From contig NC_042999.1 in assembly GCF_006345805.1 (NCBI RefSeq), positions 156,550,001 to 156,614,000 of the forward strand: a stretch of 64,000 bases of DNA, read 5' to 3'. The DNA is from Octopus sinensis. Lineage: Eukaryota. The notes under the pieces were generated by a model. It was not told the origin of the DNA. It made no database searches and saw only the letters and a list, made by a program, of their open reading frames with translations. Numbering within the stretch: the first letter of the stretch is position 1; each line of letters opens with the position of its first letter. A program made the translations under genes and the position numbers. Of this stretch, positions 26,158-40,069 are shown in pieces.

Positions 26158-29100
26158 AATTTCTACCAATCTATAAAATTCGACCTTTAACTCTCTTACA
26201 TTTCATTTCCACTACATATATCTTTTAAGCTTTATTCCCATTCATATATCACACTATATTTCTCCACTCTTAATTTTCTTTTAATTTCTTTCTTTCTCCT
26301 CCTTCCCTAAATTACCTTTGACGTTAAATCTATTAATGTTTTTTTTAATTAACTTGTCAGCATTCTCCTTCATCATATACGCGATAATCGCATTCTGTTA
26401 AAATGTCTTATTGATTTGTTTTGTTTCTCTGTTTTTCCTTGCGGGGATGACTGCATTGTTTTACATCACTTTTATCCCCTCCGGAATAATATCAATGCTT
26501 TCTTCGAAGCATATGTTGGAAGTATAAATGAGTTGAATAACACTTGCGTTTGATTCCGTTTCTTAATTTATCTATATAATATAAAAACATTTCACTCAAC
26601 CCTGGAATTTCTACTCTTATAAGTAGGTTGTAATATCCTTGGCGCTTACGTGAATTTTTGGTGCCTTAGTAACTATTTATTTATTTTTACGTGTTATTTG
26701 TACATAGTGAAAAAATACACACATACACATACATACATATATACATACAAACGCACATATATATATATATATCAAGATGAAAAGATTGACAGACACATTT
26801 AGAAAACTATAAACAGAGGGGCGACGGGCAGCAATATAGACATTTATTTAGAATGCTATATCGATACCGATGGAATCTCTATATGCAGGCAGAAATGGGT
26901 GGCTATATAATCTCGGCAGAAATGGGTGGCTATATAATCTCTGCAGAAGCCACGCTAAGGAAGGAGAGATATTCAACTGGATAAAAAAGCGGTTTGTTTC
27001 TGTGACTGAGTTTTCTAGTTAACGGAGTTAGAAAAGGTTACTCTTTTTGGTATTGAACAAATTATACTGTGATTCTGAATTTTATGATATATTCTTGCAT
27101 TTCATCCGCGACCGCACACACAGAAATATACAGAAGTGGAGCGGAAGCTGAGAGAGTTTGGGAGAGTGAGTTAGCTCTGGAGTTCACCAGATGGAAGAAA
27201 TACTTTGAGCACTTTGTTTAATTGGAACGATCCATACAGTGCATATTGCTGTAGTACAGCCATACTAAACAAACTGGTTGTATGAGGAATGTGAAGGGGC
27301 ATGTCTAGGGAGATGGTTTGGTCACTCAGTTTCAGACTGATTAGGGTCAAAACACATTTTTCCTTAGAGGTGGCATTATAAAACTGATCGTGATTCTCAC
27401 AGTATTAGAAGAGTCAGGGTGAATTAGAAGAGTCAGCGTGAATTCCGTAATTGGAATTTGCTAGGTGTGTTGCGGTTCTGAGGTTCTGAGAAGACAATTA
27501 GAGCAGTAATAGAACTCTCAATGAAGTACAGAATGAAAAGTTCATCTTCTGTTATAGAAATAGGAATCTTTTCCAAACTTATGCAGTATGATATAAATGA
27601 TATAAATTCCATTTCTATTCTATATATGACAAATTAAAAATGGTTTAAAAGGTCAGAAAATGTCACATCTATAGTTATAAACCTATAGTTTCAAAGAACG
27701 AATATTTATTGACTCCGTCAGAAATCATTCACGTTGCCTATAATGAAGGATACCCTAACCTATAATGTAACGGGTTATGTAAGTTCTCTAATTCCTTTTC
27801 TATTATTTTACTCTGACAGATTATTTTAATGTTAATTAGGGCCGCATCCAAATTGTTAGATTCATTCAATCCTTGTAGTCGTCCTATTGAATTTACTTGC
27901 TGCATTCTTAATTTCTTTATTGTAAATGAATAGCTGCTGTTGTCCCATTAAAGACTGAAGCTATTGATAACTTATTCTGCATATTGTATTTCTTAACTGC
28001 GTGGCTAAAAGCGTGTTCCAAGACGAACGCAATAGTTCTTATAATACTTTACTTATCCATAACAGAATGTATTTTTGCATATTTGTTGCTCATTTTTAGA
28101 CTTAGTTGGAAATGGTACATGTTGCTGTATTCAAATTTACTATTTTAAAACCGGATAATATCTTGAAAACGCAAAAAAAACCGAAGAAAAACGACTATAA
28201 GTTGATATCATTACGGGCATTCATATTTTCTTGTTTCAAAGCGTGTAAAATGATTTTCTATGTCTTCGTAGGATGTGCAATCAGATGTTTTCACAAGATT
28301 TAAATATCTAAATGCCTCAGATGAGTTATTAATAAGAGTATATGCATCCGGATTATTAATCAAACCTTTAAAGAGTATATTCATGATATTTATACCTATC
28401 ATATGTCTCGATCATCTCGTAACCTATTCTTTCATGTGTACAGAATCCCAGACCGTATTTAAGCTAGAAGCTGTCATTCCTAAACTAAGGATAATTCTTA
28501 TTCGCTACGCCAATAATAATTGCCTATTTTTTAAAAGTCCTTTGCTACCTTTTTATTTACTTTCGTCGCTTATGAAATACATTCAGTTCACTCTATTCAA
28601 TACATGACCGGCTGGTTATTTTTAAATTACTCAAGCTGAAATGGTAAAAATTATGGTATTAAAAATTCCAGAAATATTAATTTCGATACTCCTGGAGGAA
28701 CAACCAATTCCTTTGAGTTGACGGCAAAGCATACTGCTAGTGGGGAAACGCTTCTTTTCAAAAGAGAAGATGATCTCAGTAACTAAAATGATTATGTTGA
28801 GAAAGCCAAAAAATACTAAAATTAAAAGGAATCAATAACAGACGTAATAATTATTAAATTTAATTATAGCGAGATCGTGAAAAAGCAAAATTTTGATTCC
28901 TTAAAACTGATATAGTCAAAGTAACCCGAAATAGCTGCTTCTTTTTGTCAGAATAAAGAGGGAAAATCATTTCCCGAGGGAATTTCTATTCGGTCATATG
29001 TCGAAATCGGGAATCATTCGCAGTACTTTTTCTTCCTTGTTCGGATACTGAAAGCAATGACCTTTCACTAATTCTTTTATGTCATTTTCAAAGAATCCAA

Positions 29101-30555
29101 ATTTTGCTTTCATAATTTTCTTTTCTTTTCTGTGTTAGGGACACACATGAAGTAGGACTGAGCGTTAAATACGGATCGAAATCATTTTTTAAAAATAAAT
29201 TTAAAGTCACTGAAAAGTAGGATCTTGCCTTTTCACTTTATAAATTGGATTAACACTCTGCAGCTTGAAAAAAGAAAACAAAAACATTTTCCTGATCATT
29301 CCTAGCTCATCAATTAATGTAACTCAATAAAACTAAAATTGAATTATTAAATGTTGTTAAAGGAAAGATCACGTTACACCAATGCTAAAGGAATAAATGT
29401 AACTTTTATATATGATGTGGCTTTGTAAAGTTATATGATCTAACACATTGAATAAACTCTTAAATATTACTAGAATATGTTATCAACAATACTTGTAGAA
29501 TCTTTGAAGAACTCAGTCGAACATCTATAAAATATTTCACAGTTTCTTTTCAACTTTATTGTGTCTTAAATTACAACTTTGATATTCTAGCAACCGAATA
29601 AACATAGTTCCCGTTTACAAATATAAGATCAAAACTGGGGACTAACGCTTACTTTTAGCTTTAAAATTCTTTAACCGAACCTAATATAACATCTAAAAGT
29701 GTGGAAAAACTCTTCCGATTATTTTTGTTTTATCTTATTACTACCTGCATTTCTTCATTTAAATTAAATTTGTGGTTTAAAGAAATTTGCTCAAGGATTC
29801 ATTCTAAATTTGTATTCCTTGAAACTAATACTTTTGATTTTTCCAATGTTTAATGAGGAAAGAATTAAATGTTATTATCGTTTGAGATTTATTTTAAATT
29901 TATTTTATTTTATTTTCATGAATTTAGACGGTTTATCATGAAAGAGTTTCTTTTATTGGAAAACGTAGATTAAGTGCTATAGGTTTCAAATAAGTTTGCC
30001 ATGTTCATCTATTTTGCAATGTTCTATTAATTATGTGTCAAATATATTGATTTAAACAATAGTTTGTAAATATTTGTTTCTGGATAAACCAATATGAATT
30101 TCAAATAATATTTATGCATTTTTAATTTAGAAAGTTAACAAAAGAATCCATTTTACACAGTTACAGGAAAATATCTTGAATTACCATTCATAGCTATTGC
30201 AATTTATTTATTTTTTTTTATCAGAGAGACGAAATTAAACTTGTTTATTAGAAGGTCAAGTTTGGAATATACGATTGAGTTTCGATTTCAGCATACACTT
30301 ATTTTGATTTCACACATGTTTTTTCCAGTATACACTATTGCATATATTGTGAAGTATGCATGTTATCTACAACTGCCTCCAAAATCACGACTCTGTATAG
30401 AATAGAATATACAAACATCATTAAGAATTAAGAGGCTTAACGTAATGAAAATGAAATTCATTTATCAAAACATGTTTATTACATGAACAGTTGACGATGA
30501 TCAGTCTTTTGATAAAAGATAACCAAGTAGAATAATAATATTCACGTATATAACA

Positions 30556-30852
30556 CTAGCAGTATCGCTCGGCGTTGCTCGGGTTTGTAAGGGAAATAAC
30601 TATATAAGCATTTTTAGAGAGTTATAGCCAAAAAATAGCAAAAAAATGCATTAAAAATGGAAAATAAATTATGGTAAATTTTTTTTTAAATCGTAGACTC
30701 ATCGTAGACGCGCGCTAATACTCAGAAGGGCTCGATATGAATCACGAATATAAGATACCCGCTTTTAGTTAAACTGCACCGCAAAATGTGGGAGTAGTTA
30801 GGAATCTAAATCGTAGGAGACAGACACACAACTTGACTTTTATATATAAAGA
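30556..30852 (-). mobile_element. Non-autonomous Helitron, same family as 22877-23275
   Basis: A|TC...hairpin...CTAG|T; lacks the internal duplication. Confidence 0.85.
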
Positions 30853-31519
30853 TTATAAGTATATAACATAATATATCGCTATATTCTCTAACTTTCAGTC
30901 TTTGAAGCAGTTACAGACAAAGACTAGGGAAATGAAAACTATTCCACGATAAAAACTGTGTTGGGCAGCGTGTTATGCAGTTTTGTTGGTGTAATAGATC
31001 AAGCTTTTATGAATCAAGATGCGGTTTAGTTTTTCCAGTTTGCATTGACATTGATTCCTTGCATTTTTAAATATCATTTTCCACAAGATAATACGGTTTG
31101 CATTTGGTGCTGTTCAATATTTTTCTCGCGTCTATTGGTTAAATAACAGAAAACGAGATAAAAATTCCAAATTATCAAATTATTTTCGTCTCTGTAAGAG
31201 GAAATGATTTTTATCAACGGCTAAGATTCTCATCAAGCGACTGGGTATACTTTCAGAAGTGATTGATCTCTTTCAGTGCTCTGTAAAATGGCTCTCCATC
31301 AAATGCAAATTTGCCTATACTACCTAGATAAGCCTCGTCCTTGTTGCAGTCTCCTATTTTCGTTCATTGCTTTCAGTGCTTTCATTGCTTCAATGACAAG
31401 TTCAGAGTGCTAAATATGACTGACAGGTAATTCGGAAAACCGTCATCGTCCCTAATGTTGCGTATGCAACCCACTGATCTTATCAAATCACTATATTGTT
31501 GATTTATATTGATTTATAA

Positions 31520-31750
31520 GGCGGTGAGCTGGCAGAAACGTTAGCACGCCGGGCGAAATGCGTAGACGTATTTCGTCTGCCGTTACGTTCTGAGTTCAAA
31601 TTCCGCCGAGGTCGACTTTGCCTTTCATCCTTTCGGGGTCGATAAATTAAGAACCAGTTACGCACTGGAGTCGATGTAATCGACTTAATACCTATGTCTG
31701 TCCTTGTTTGTCCCCTCTGTGTTTAGCCCCTTGTGGGTAGTAAAGAAATA
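31520..31750 (+). mobile_element. tRNA-derived SINE family C (Meta-domain-like), full length
   Basis: A box GAGCTGGCAG, B box GAGTTCAAATTC, central GCCTTTCATCCTTTCGGGGTCGATAAA; flanking repeat TATATTGTTGATTTAT. Confidence 0.85.
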
Positions 31751-31951
31751 TATATTGTTGATTTATTGGTATCACGCAAATGACTCTTCCAAAAGCGAAT
31801 TTCTACAGTGCTGTATGCACCATTCTCTTGGACCTTGGTCATGGCAATGCCAATTATCAACGGACCAATAACTCAACGTTCACTCTTACACTGCTAGTTG
31901 ACACTAGCAAAACACTATGGCACAATTTGACTGATCAGCAGTCGATCTTCT

Positions 31952-32408
31952 TCAGGAACCCTTTGATCTCCAAGAAGTATCCTTACTCGATTGTATTTCT
32001 TCTTGTACGCAGAAGTGATTTATCAACATGAAATACAAACAAAAGAAAATACATCGCAAGGCCACTGACTCCTTCAATCGTACTTATCTTCATACTGAGA
32101 TTCTCGATAAAGTTGAAGCAGTTGCTTCAACTCAATGAAAATGCAAAAGTTGGCCCCTACATTTGCATATGAACACTTGTTGATTCAGTATGGCGTGATT
32201 TGTAATACTTTCTCTGGAAAGAGCTTTCGGATAGCTCGAATGATATGATAATAAAAAGTTTAAAATCTTTGGTTCGAAGACAAATTCTTTGAACTCTTAG
32301 CTCGTTTGCACTTTCAGGTGTTACGCTTTTGCTTTTGAATCCACGCTTGAATGGAGATTCATGTCAAGAGCAACGTGAATCCCAGGGGATGCCAGATTGA
32401 TGTGGATA
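31952..32408 (+). repeat. ~456-bp dispersed duplication, copy 2
   Basis: Matches 18940-19395. Confidence 0.9.
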
Positions 32409-33746
32409 TTGTCTGAAATTACTAAGATGTCAGTTTTTGCATGTCAGTTCTTAGGAGCCTAAAGTTTAATATTAGGACTGTGGCTCTACTATTTTGCTAG
32501 AAATCTTGAAAGCTGGTATGATGCGTTCAAGACAAAGTTAATATTTAGGTGAAAAAACCAGTTTGAAGAATACAGTTGAAATTATGAGGTTACTCCCGGA
32601 CAGTACTTTGACTGAAACTTAACAACGAGGTTTCTTGTTTGTTATCGACCAACAGATGTTTTGGAATTATTGTGAAGTAAAGAAAAACTATAGTATTCAT
32701 TTTTTTTATTGATGATATTCAACTGAAATTTTTATCATTTTTCTGAAGTAAAATAAGAGGAATTATACAATTTTCAATCTCGCCAAGAGTACAATAACAG
32801 GAATATTTAAGTAAACCAAAATGACTGTCTGAAGTTGCCAATATGTTCCGCGAACTGGTTACTATTTTGTTTTAAAATCACATCATATTTTGATAAGAAA
32901 CTGCTTTTGTATTAACATTCTGCCAGCAAAAACTCGAGTGTTTTCACATACGTTCTAGTTATTTTGGTATTTTCAGATACGAAAAACGTTAATCATGATA
33001 CCTGATGCCGTAATTCAGGCTACCCCAGAACCGAAGTTCCATTCAAACTTTGATGCAGAAACAGAAACAAATATTCGTAGACATAGCCCCTACAAACAGT
33101 TGATGTGTGCTTACAGATTCTCATTTTTACCACAGGAGATTCCTTTTTATTATACAGAACGCTTTGCAGTTGTACTTTCCTTCAACTTTATTGTTGATAT
33201 TCATAATGAACGTCACAACTTTCCTACTATGTATGATATAGTTTCACTTGAGTGAGTTGAAAATACGTTTTGCTGAGAAGGTCTAACGAAACCAAAACAT
33301 GTCTGTTACTTTCACCAGCTAACTTAAAAACTAAATCCACTTCCATTACAGCATATTTTATATTTCCCAAAACTTTCAATTGTCCTTTTATGGGAATTAT
33401 CTCCCTCCTGTTTTATTTGATTCTATACGTCCCAGAGGGAGCTTTCCTTGTCAGTTGCATGGATAATCTCAATTAATCGAAGTTTTTCATCTCATTACTA
33501 TTACATATGACAGACCTATTGTATTTCTATACAGTATGCTGAACTCTCCATTGATGTATTTTCCCCCAGCCATATTGACGAGTAACAACCCTTTGACACC
33601 TTCATCAAACGCTATTTTCATATTTCCTAGACTAATGAAGTAATGATGTCTATTGTGTTAATGACTTGACACTTTCATCATATATCACATTTGCACTGCC
33701 CAAACCGAGGCAGCAATAACTGTCTTTATATTTGGCACCTTCATCA

Positions 33747-34522
33747 ACCTGACATATTTACATTCTTAAATTGAGGCAGAAATATATATCTACTATATTG
33801 ATACTTACCTTGGTATTGACTTAGTATCTTTGAACCATTCTACTACTAGTAGCTATGTTTTTTCAATTAACGTCTTACATAAGAAACATTTCAACTTGAA
33901 CCGATATATAGTTGCGAATTAACCTCGAAGAATATGAATAAATTATAAAATTACCGTTTGCAATCACAAATTGCTTAACATTAATACTGTTTATAATTGT
34001 CTAATAAACAATGTTACTGTTAAAGAATTTGTGATCGAAAAAGGAAAAGCCAACTAACAATGTGTGGTAAAGATGCAGGCCACGAACTCAATATGTCTAC
34101 GCAGGAGAGGTTCGATTCCCGCTAGTAGAATGGTACCTGACATATTTACATTCTTAAATTGAGGCAGAAATATATATCTACTATATTGATACTTACCTTG
34201 GTATTGACTTAGTATCTTTGAACCATTCTACTACTAGTAGCTATGTTTTTTCAATTAACGTCTTACATAAGAAACATTTCAACTTGAACCGATATATAGT
34301 TGCGAATTAACCTCGAAGAATATGAATAAATTATAAAATTACCGTTTGCAATCACAAATTGCTTAACATTAATACTGTTTATAATTGTCTAATAAACAAT
34401 GTTACTGTTAAAGAATTTGTGATCGAAAAAGGAAAAGCCAACTAACAATGTGTGGTAAAGATGCAGGCCACGAACTCAATATGTCTACGCAGGAGAGGTT
34501 CGATTCCCGCTAGTAGAATGGT
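33747..34522. repeat. Tandem duplication of a 388-bp unit
   Basis: 33747-34134 and 34135-34522 appear identical. Confidence 0.95.
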
Positions 34523-35321
34523 TGTTCTTTTTCAAACTCGAATTGGTATTTACTCACGCACAGACATGTGCATACATGTATAAACTGGTAATTAAAGTAT
34601 ATGGACAAACATATATGCATATAGAAGTAATTGAATATATAAACACATACAGTTAGCTGGTTGTCAAGCTAAATTAAATGACATCGAGCTAAATTAAATG
34701 TACAAACATATTTGATATATAATTTATTAAACCTTTCGAAGGCCAAAACATAGTCTTTTGAAAACTCTGCCGCTTATGTGCATATAAAAGTGGATAATAT
34801 TTGATCATGTTCGTAGAAATTTCTAAAATTAATTGACCCTAAGAAACTGATTGATCTACCACGATATGTGCTAATACATTTGATTGGAACAAATAAAATC
34901 AATATATCTGGTAAGGACTGCAAAGAAAGATATTGGTTGATTTCCTGTTAGTGATATTGGAGATTTAGATGTAATGACATGTTTCATTTAGTGTCAATGC
35001 TACCATTTCCGAAACGTTCATGTTGCTGCTATCGAGATAGGACAGCAGGAATATATATTTTTAGCTGTGAACGCACATTATTTGTTGTTTCTGTTGAATA
35101 GATTTTTCTTAGTTAATTTCATTTTGGATCTGATACAAGTTACATACAACGTATATCGGCTTAATTTCTCTTGATAATGGTGCAAAAAGAATAAAAAGGA
35201 CCCAGTAACACTCAAATCAATATATAAATGTGAGTACTAACAGCGCAGGAAGTCAGACTGGGGAGTTATGTTTGTTATATATTTCATCCATACGTTGGTT
35301 TCTTTAATATGAGTTATAGGT

Positions 35322-35690
35322 GGAGGCGCAATGGCCCAGTGGTTAGGGCAGCGGACTCGCGGTCGTAGGATCGCGGTTTCGATTCCCAGACCGGGCGTTG
35401 TGAGTGTTTATTGAGCGAAAACACCTAAAAGCTCCACGAGGATGGTGGTGATCCCTGCTGCACTCTTTCACCACAACTTTCTCTCACTCTTACTTCCTGT
35501 TTCTGTTGTACCTGTATTTCAAAGGGCCGGCCTTGTCACTCTCTGTGTCACGCTGAATATCCCCGAGAACTACGTTAAGGGTACACGTGTCTGTGGAGTG
35601 CTCAGCCACTTACACGTTAATTTCACGAGCAGGCTGTTCCGTTGATCGGATCAACCGGAACCCTCATCGTCGTAACCGACGGAGTGTTTC
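35322..35690 (+). mobile_element. SINE family B, tail type 1
   Basis: TGGCCCAGTGG / GGTTTCGATTCC boxes; TSD AATATGAGTTATA; homologues at 53403 and 55172. Confidence 0.88.
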
Positions 35691-36008
35691 TTCAATATGA
35701 GTTATAATTGATAATTGGCGAAAGATATTTATATTTTCTACATTCTATGTGAGAAAAAGAATGAATAAAGTTAAGTGTATTAAACTAAATTCCAAAATGA
35801 AGATATTCTTTTATTCTTTTACGTTTTTCAGTCAGTTAACTGCGGTCATATTGGTGCACTGCCTTTAGTCGAACAAATCAACCCCAGGGCTTATTCTTTC
35901 TAAGTCTAGTACTTATTCTATCGGTCTATTTTGCCGAACCGTTAAATTACGGGTATGTAAACACACTGACATTGGTTAGCAAGCGATTGGGTGGGGGGAC
36001 ACAGACGA

Positions 36009-36215
36009 CCACGTGTGTACCGTTGGCGATTTTTTCCTCTGTCTTCCCTTCTCCGGATCTTTCCTTCTCCTATGTTTCCGACGAAGAGCTCCGCTCGAAA
36101 CGTTAAACCCTCCTTCTTTCCTGCTTTCCTGAGCGTCCAATAATACTATATTTGTTCCACGTCCTCGCGTTGTTGTGTTTTTTTGTGCTTTCATGTTTGG
36201 ATTAACTTTATATAT
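36009..36215 (+). mobile_element. ~200-bp PLE-type repeat (family 4) carrying a minimal HHR-like motif
   Basis: Near-identical reverse copy at 56824-57025; both abut TA tracts. Confidence 0.7.
36074..36108 (+). ncRNA. Minimal hammerhead-like motif (U4C variant)
   Basis: GTTT CCGACGA A GAGC TCC GCTC GAAAC GTT AAAC; stem III is only the palindrome ACGT, so would need dimerisation. Confidence 0.55.
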
Positions 36216-38104
36216 ATGTATACGACTGGCTTATTTCAGTTTCCATCTACCAAATCCACTCACAAGGCTTTGGTCGGTTCAAGGCTATAGTAGAAGATAC
36301 CTACCCAAGGTGCCACGCAGTTGGACTGAATCCGGAAACCATGTGGTTGGGAAGCAAGCTTCTTACCACACAGCCACGCCTGCGCCAAGTTAGCTCACAA
36401 TTTTCAAAAATGTTGGTTTCTGCTGTGGCAGTAAACACCAGTAGTTTTTTAAAATCTCTTCACCTATTTATGTGCTTTACATAATTACGCTTAAATTCAG
36501 TGATTAACTCCATGCATTCTACATCACATCCCAAAATAAAGCTACCCACCTTAGATATAAGTGTATAATGTTTACTAGTTTGCAAAACATGTTGTCATCT
36601 TTTCTATTACCATTAAAGTGATACCTGCTCTTTTGAACAAATAATATATTACTAAAGCGAATGGTGCTTTTCTATGTCCATTCTTGTCACCTAAATTTTC
36701 ATCTTGATTCAATTTCTGCAACTGTATCGCTCTGGAGCTTCCAGTTATATTCTTTCTATCTAGAACTTGTGTCAATTTAAGTTGAACATCAACAACTTCA
36801 CTCATATCTAGTTACTCCGATATCGTCTAAAACTTCAGGAAAAATCTACTCACACAACGAATTTACCAAAGTAAATGGGCTGTTATAAACATCTATAAGA
36901 AACCAAGTCATTGTCTGGTGACCTCATTCCTGGAATTATTTTGAAAGTCATTGATAAAAATGTTTACTTAAATGACCAGTTTTGCTTTATTGAGAGAGTC
37001 CATATTTCACCTTCACTAGACGATCCTTATGTCGAATCTGACATGATTTAAAAAGAAATATGCTATTGTGATGTATTTAAATTCTGAAGTTATTGCTTTC
37101 AAGTGAAAATGTATTTGAACATATTGCTGGTTTGCTAAAACTAAAAATCTTACCATTTATTGATTAATATGTATATATAATTGTGTTATGTGATAAAAAA
37201 AAGAATTCTGTTAACAATGGTTACATGTAAACTTTAATATTTCAACCAGTTTGGTCATATGGTAACATTTCCTAAGCATGATTTACTAAAGATCAGATGT
37301 TCAAACACTGAAATAAACTACTAAATACAACCGAATCTGAGCGAGTATCTTACATCGAAGTTTTCGAGAAAACCTCGATAATCTTTTTATATAAACTAGA
37401 AGAGAATATTTCTAAAACCTTATTAAGGTGGGTAGTTAACAGAATTCAGACCAATTTATCTACAAACATCTCAGTATGAAGTAAATATAAAAGTGAATGG
37501 AAGAATGCAGGGAACCACAATGACAGCTGAACTATTCTGTACAAATGTATAAAACTGTAGGAGATATTCTCAATACTAATTACACAAAGAATCTATGTAA
37601 CAGCGAAAAATAGAATAAATATAGAATTCAGCAAGTGAAAAATTTCTTGGAGAATTTTATCTTTTGGAAAGGAGGGCAAACCGTTTATTTACAAGCGTGT
37701 GATACATTAATGATCTATCTTACGGCTAATGTACAGTTAACTTTAGAGGAAATTGATTTATGGACAATGGACATGATAGAATTCCTTGCTACAGTTAGCA
37801 TTTAAGAACGAGATTGATCAAAACAAATGAAAACCAAAAGAATTTTTCAAAAGTTTCTTCTAATATCTATAAAACAATGAAGCAAACACGATAGTCTAAC
37901 TCTAAAGTAGAGTACAGCGTAATGCGTCATTCAATTTATGAATTTAATACATTTGGCAAATAAACTAAGCAGATCTTTAGAAAGAAGATCCATTTGAAGA
38001 TGTTGATAAGGCAAAAGAAAGTCCTTCATATTTACGAGACTTCCTGCTGTTATATGTTGTAACTAAGAACTGGAATAACTGTACTAATCACAAGGATATT
38101 ATCT

Positions 38105-38475
38105 TTATCTTTTCTGAGTTTCAGTCAGTAAACTGCTGCCATGCTGGGACACGGCGTAGAAGAATTTTGGCCGAACAAATCGACCATTGTACTTATTTTT
38201 CGAAAGCCTGGTGCTTATTACTGAACCGTTAACTGGACATAAACACACCAACACCAGTTGTCAAGCAGTTATCACACACACACACACACACACACACACC
38301 ACACACACACACACACACACCAATATATACGGTGGGCTTCTGTCAGTTTGTCTACGAAATCTACACACAAGGTTATAATAGAAGACACTTGCTGAAGGTG
38401 CCACGCAGTGTGGTTGAACCGGAAACCATGCGGTTAGGAGGCAAACTTCCTACCACACAGCCACTCTTGCACCTA
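38105..38475 (-). mobile_element. Highly diverged SINE family A
   Basis: Recognisable head and tail motifs. Confidence 0.65.
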
Positions 38476-39913
38476 CTAAACTAAATCGCAGCGGGTAGGA
38501 TTAGTTCAAGGCTTTTCTATAAAAATAACCTCAACTGTTTCTTCTTGAAGATTACAACGTATGAAACTTTTTAAGATTTCATTCGTAGTCAATCGTGTAG
38601 TTAACAGGGGTAGAAGTACCAGTTGTACTACAGTCATAGAACTCACTGGGTCTTTACTTATCTTGTCCTTGACAAGAATTCATTTGCTGGTGATGTAGAT
38701 AAGAATAGGGTGGGGAAACGATTGTCCAACAGACTTTGAAAGATATTATAAGTCAAACAATGTTATATACCACAATGAGTATAAAGTACTATCTTCGAAA
38801 AATGTAGTCACTCATTGACTAAGGATATCTGAAAAACCCGTGAATTAGAAATTATAATAAAGAAATACTGACTTCTACAAGTAATTCCTATGTAAATAGC
38901 GTTACTAATGAAATTTGACTTAGAGGCAGGAATATAAATCCACATACACATCCGATGAATGTTGCATATAATCCTTACGTTCAGAACAACAAATCAAGAA
39001 ATGAATGCAATTACATTTTACATTGAAGAATAAGAAATTACTTTTGACGACTGGTGAGTAACATTTCAATATATATTTAAACAGAATGATTCTTAAATGA
39101 TTCCTAATAAATATTTATAACATATTTGAGTTCGTATCTCGTAAATTACAACTATAAGTGTTTCATAGTTTTTCATTACTTGAAGGATGAAATTTTATTC
39201 TGTAGGTAAAAAGATGCTACAAAATATGCCAAAGCTTCACACAGATCATTCTTGAAAGAATATGCCGGAATGCTGTATCATTATTTATTTAAATTCGAGA
39301 TTGATTCCTTCATTGAAGAAATTTAAAAACCGTCTTATAATTTCCGTAGTAACAAACTGAGGATTTTACATACATGATCCTATCTTTTGATGTCAAACTG
39401 ATAGGAATCTCCAATAAGCCATTGTTTCTCAAGCATACTGAGTTTTCAGCAAATCGACGAAAATCTATTTCAAGCTCTTCTGACACTATATTTTATTATG
39501 CCTTCCTTTTCTGCTTACTCCAGTTACTTTTATCAAACAAATCAATTTTGGGTAGGTTGTTGCTTCCACAGACAACTTAGTCTTCAAACTAGATATTCTC
39601 TTCAAATATGAAGGAGTCAATACTGATAACAATTATACCGAAAAGCTATATCTGTAGCATTCCTCAGACTTTGCCTGTCGGCTACCCTGGTGCTACATTA
39701 TGACTATGATATAGTAGGATCATTGTCATGTAACCGTCTTTCGTGGTATTGCAATATATCAGTGATCAAACTTCCTCTTGGAATCTGCTAAATGTGTTAA
39801 CTGAGTTACTGAGTAAGTGAAGCTCTTCATTATTTATAGTAATTATTTGGAGAGAAGTGATATCAAGATAGATATATTTCTTCATGATATTGAACATACA
39901 CACAAATCTTTGT

Positions 39914-40069
39914 AAAAAAACAACAAATATCTCACAAACTATAGAATTTTCTCAATAAAGGCAAGAGAAAAACATGTTTTATAAACACATTCTACCAGTA
40001 TACGAAGTTAAAACTTTTTTAGTTACCTAGAAATTATGTTAAAAACTGCTGTTCAAACCGAAAAGATCC
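39914..40069 (+). mobile_element. TTAGGG-containing TIR element, partial (one end)
   Basis: Ends in ...GTTCAAACCGAAAAGATCC; matches the distal part of 43966-44382. Confidence 0.85.

Larger units (their letters stand above)
35807..36385 (-). mobile_element. SINE family A interrupted by an HHR-bearing repeat
   Basis: Tail 35807-36008, head ~36215-36385. Confidence 0.75.

Noticed and set aside
26888-27443. Short 19-27-bp tandem duplications
   Set aside because: Ordinary slippage duplications.
35322-35400. tRNA gene
   Set aside because: A and B boxes belong to a SINE head continuous with the SINE body; no acceptor stem.
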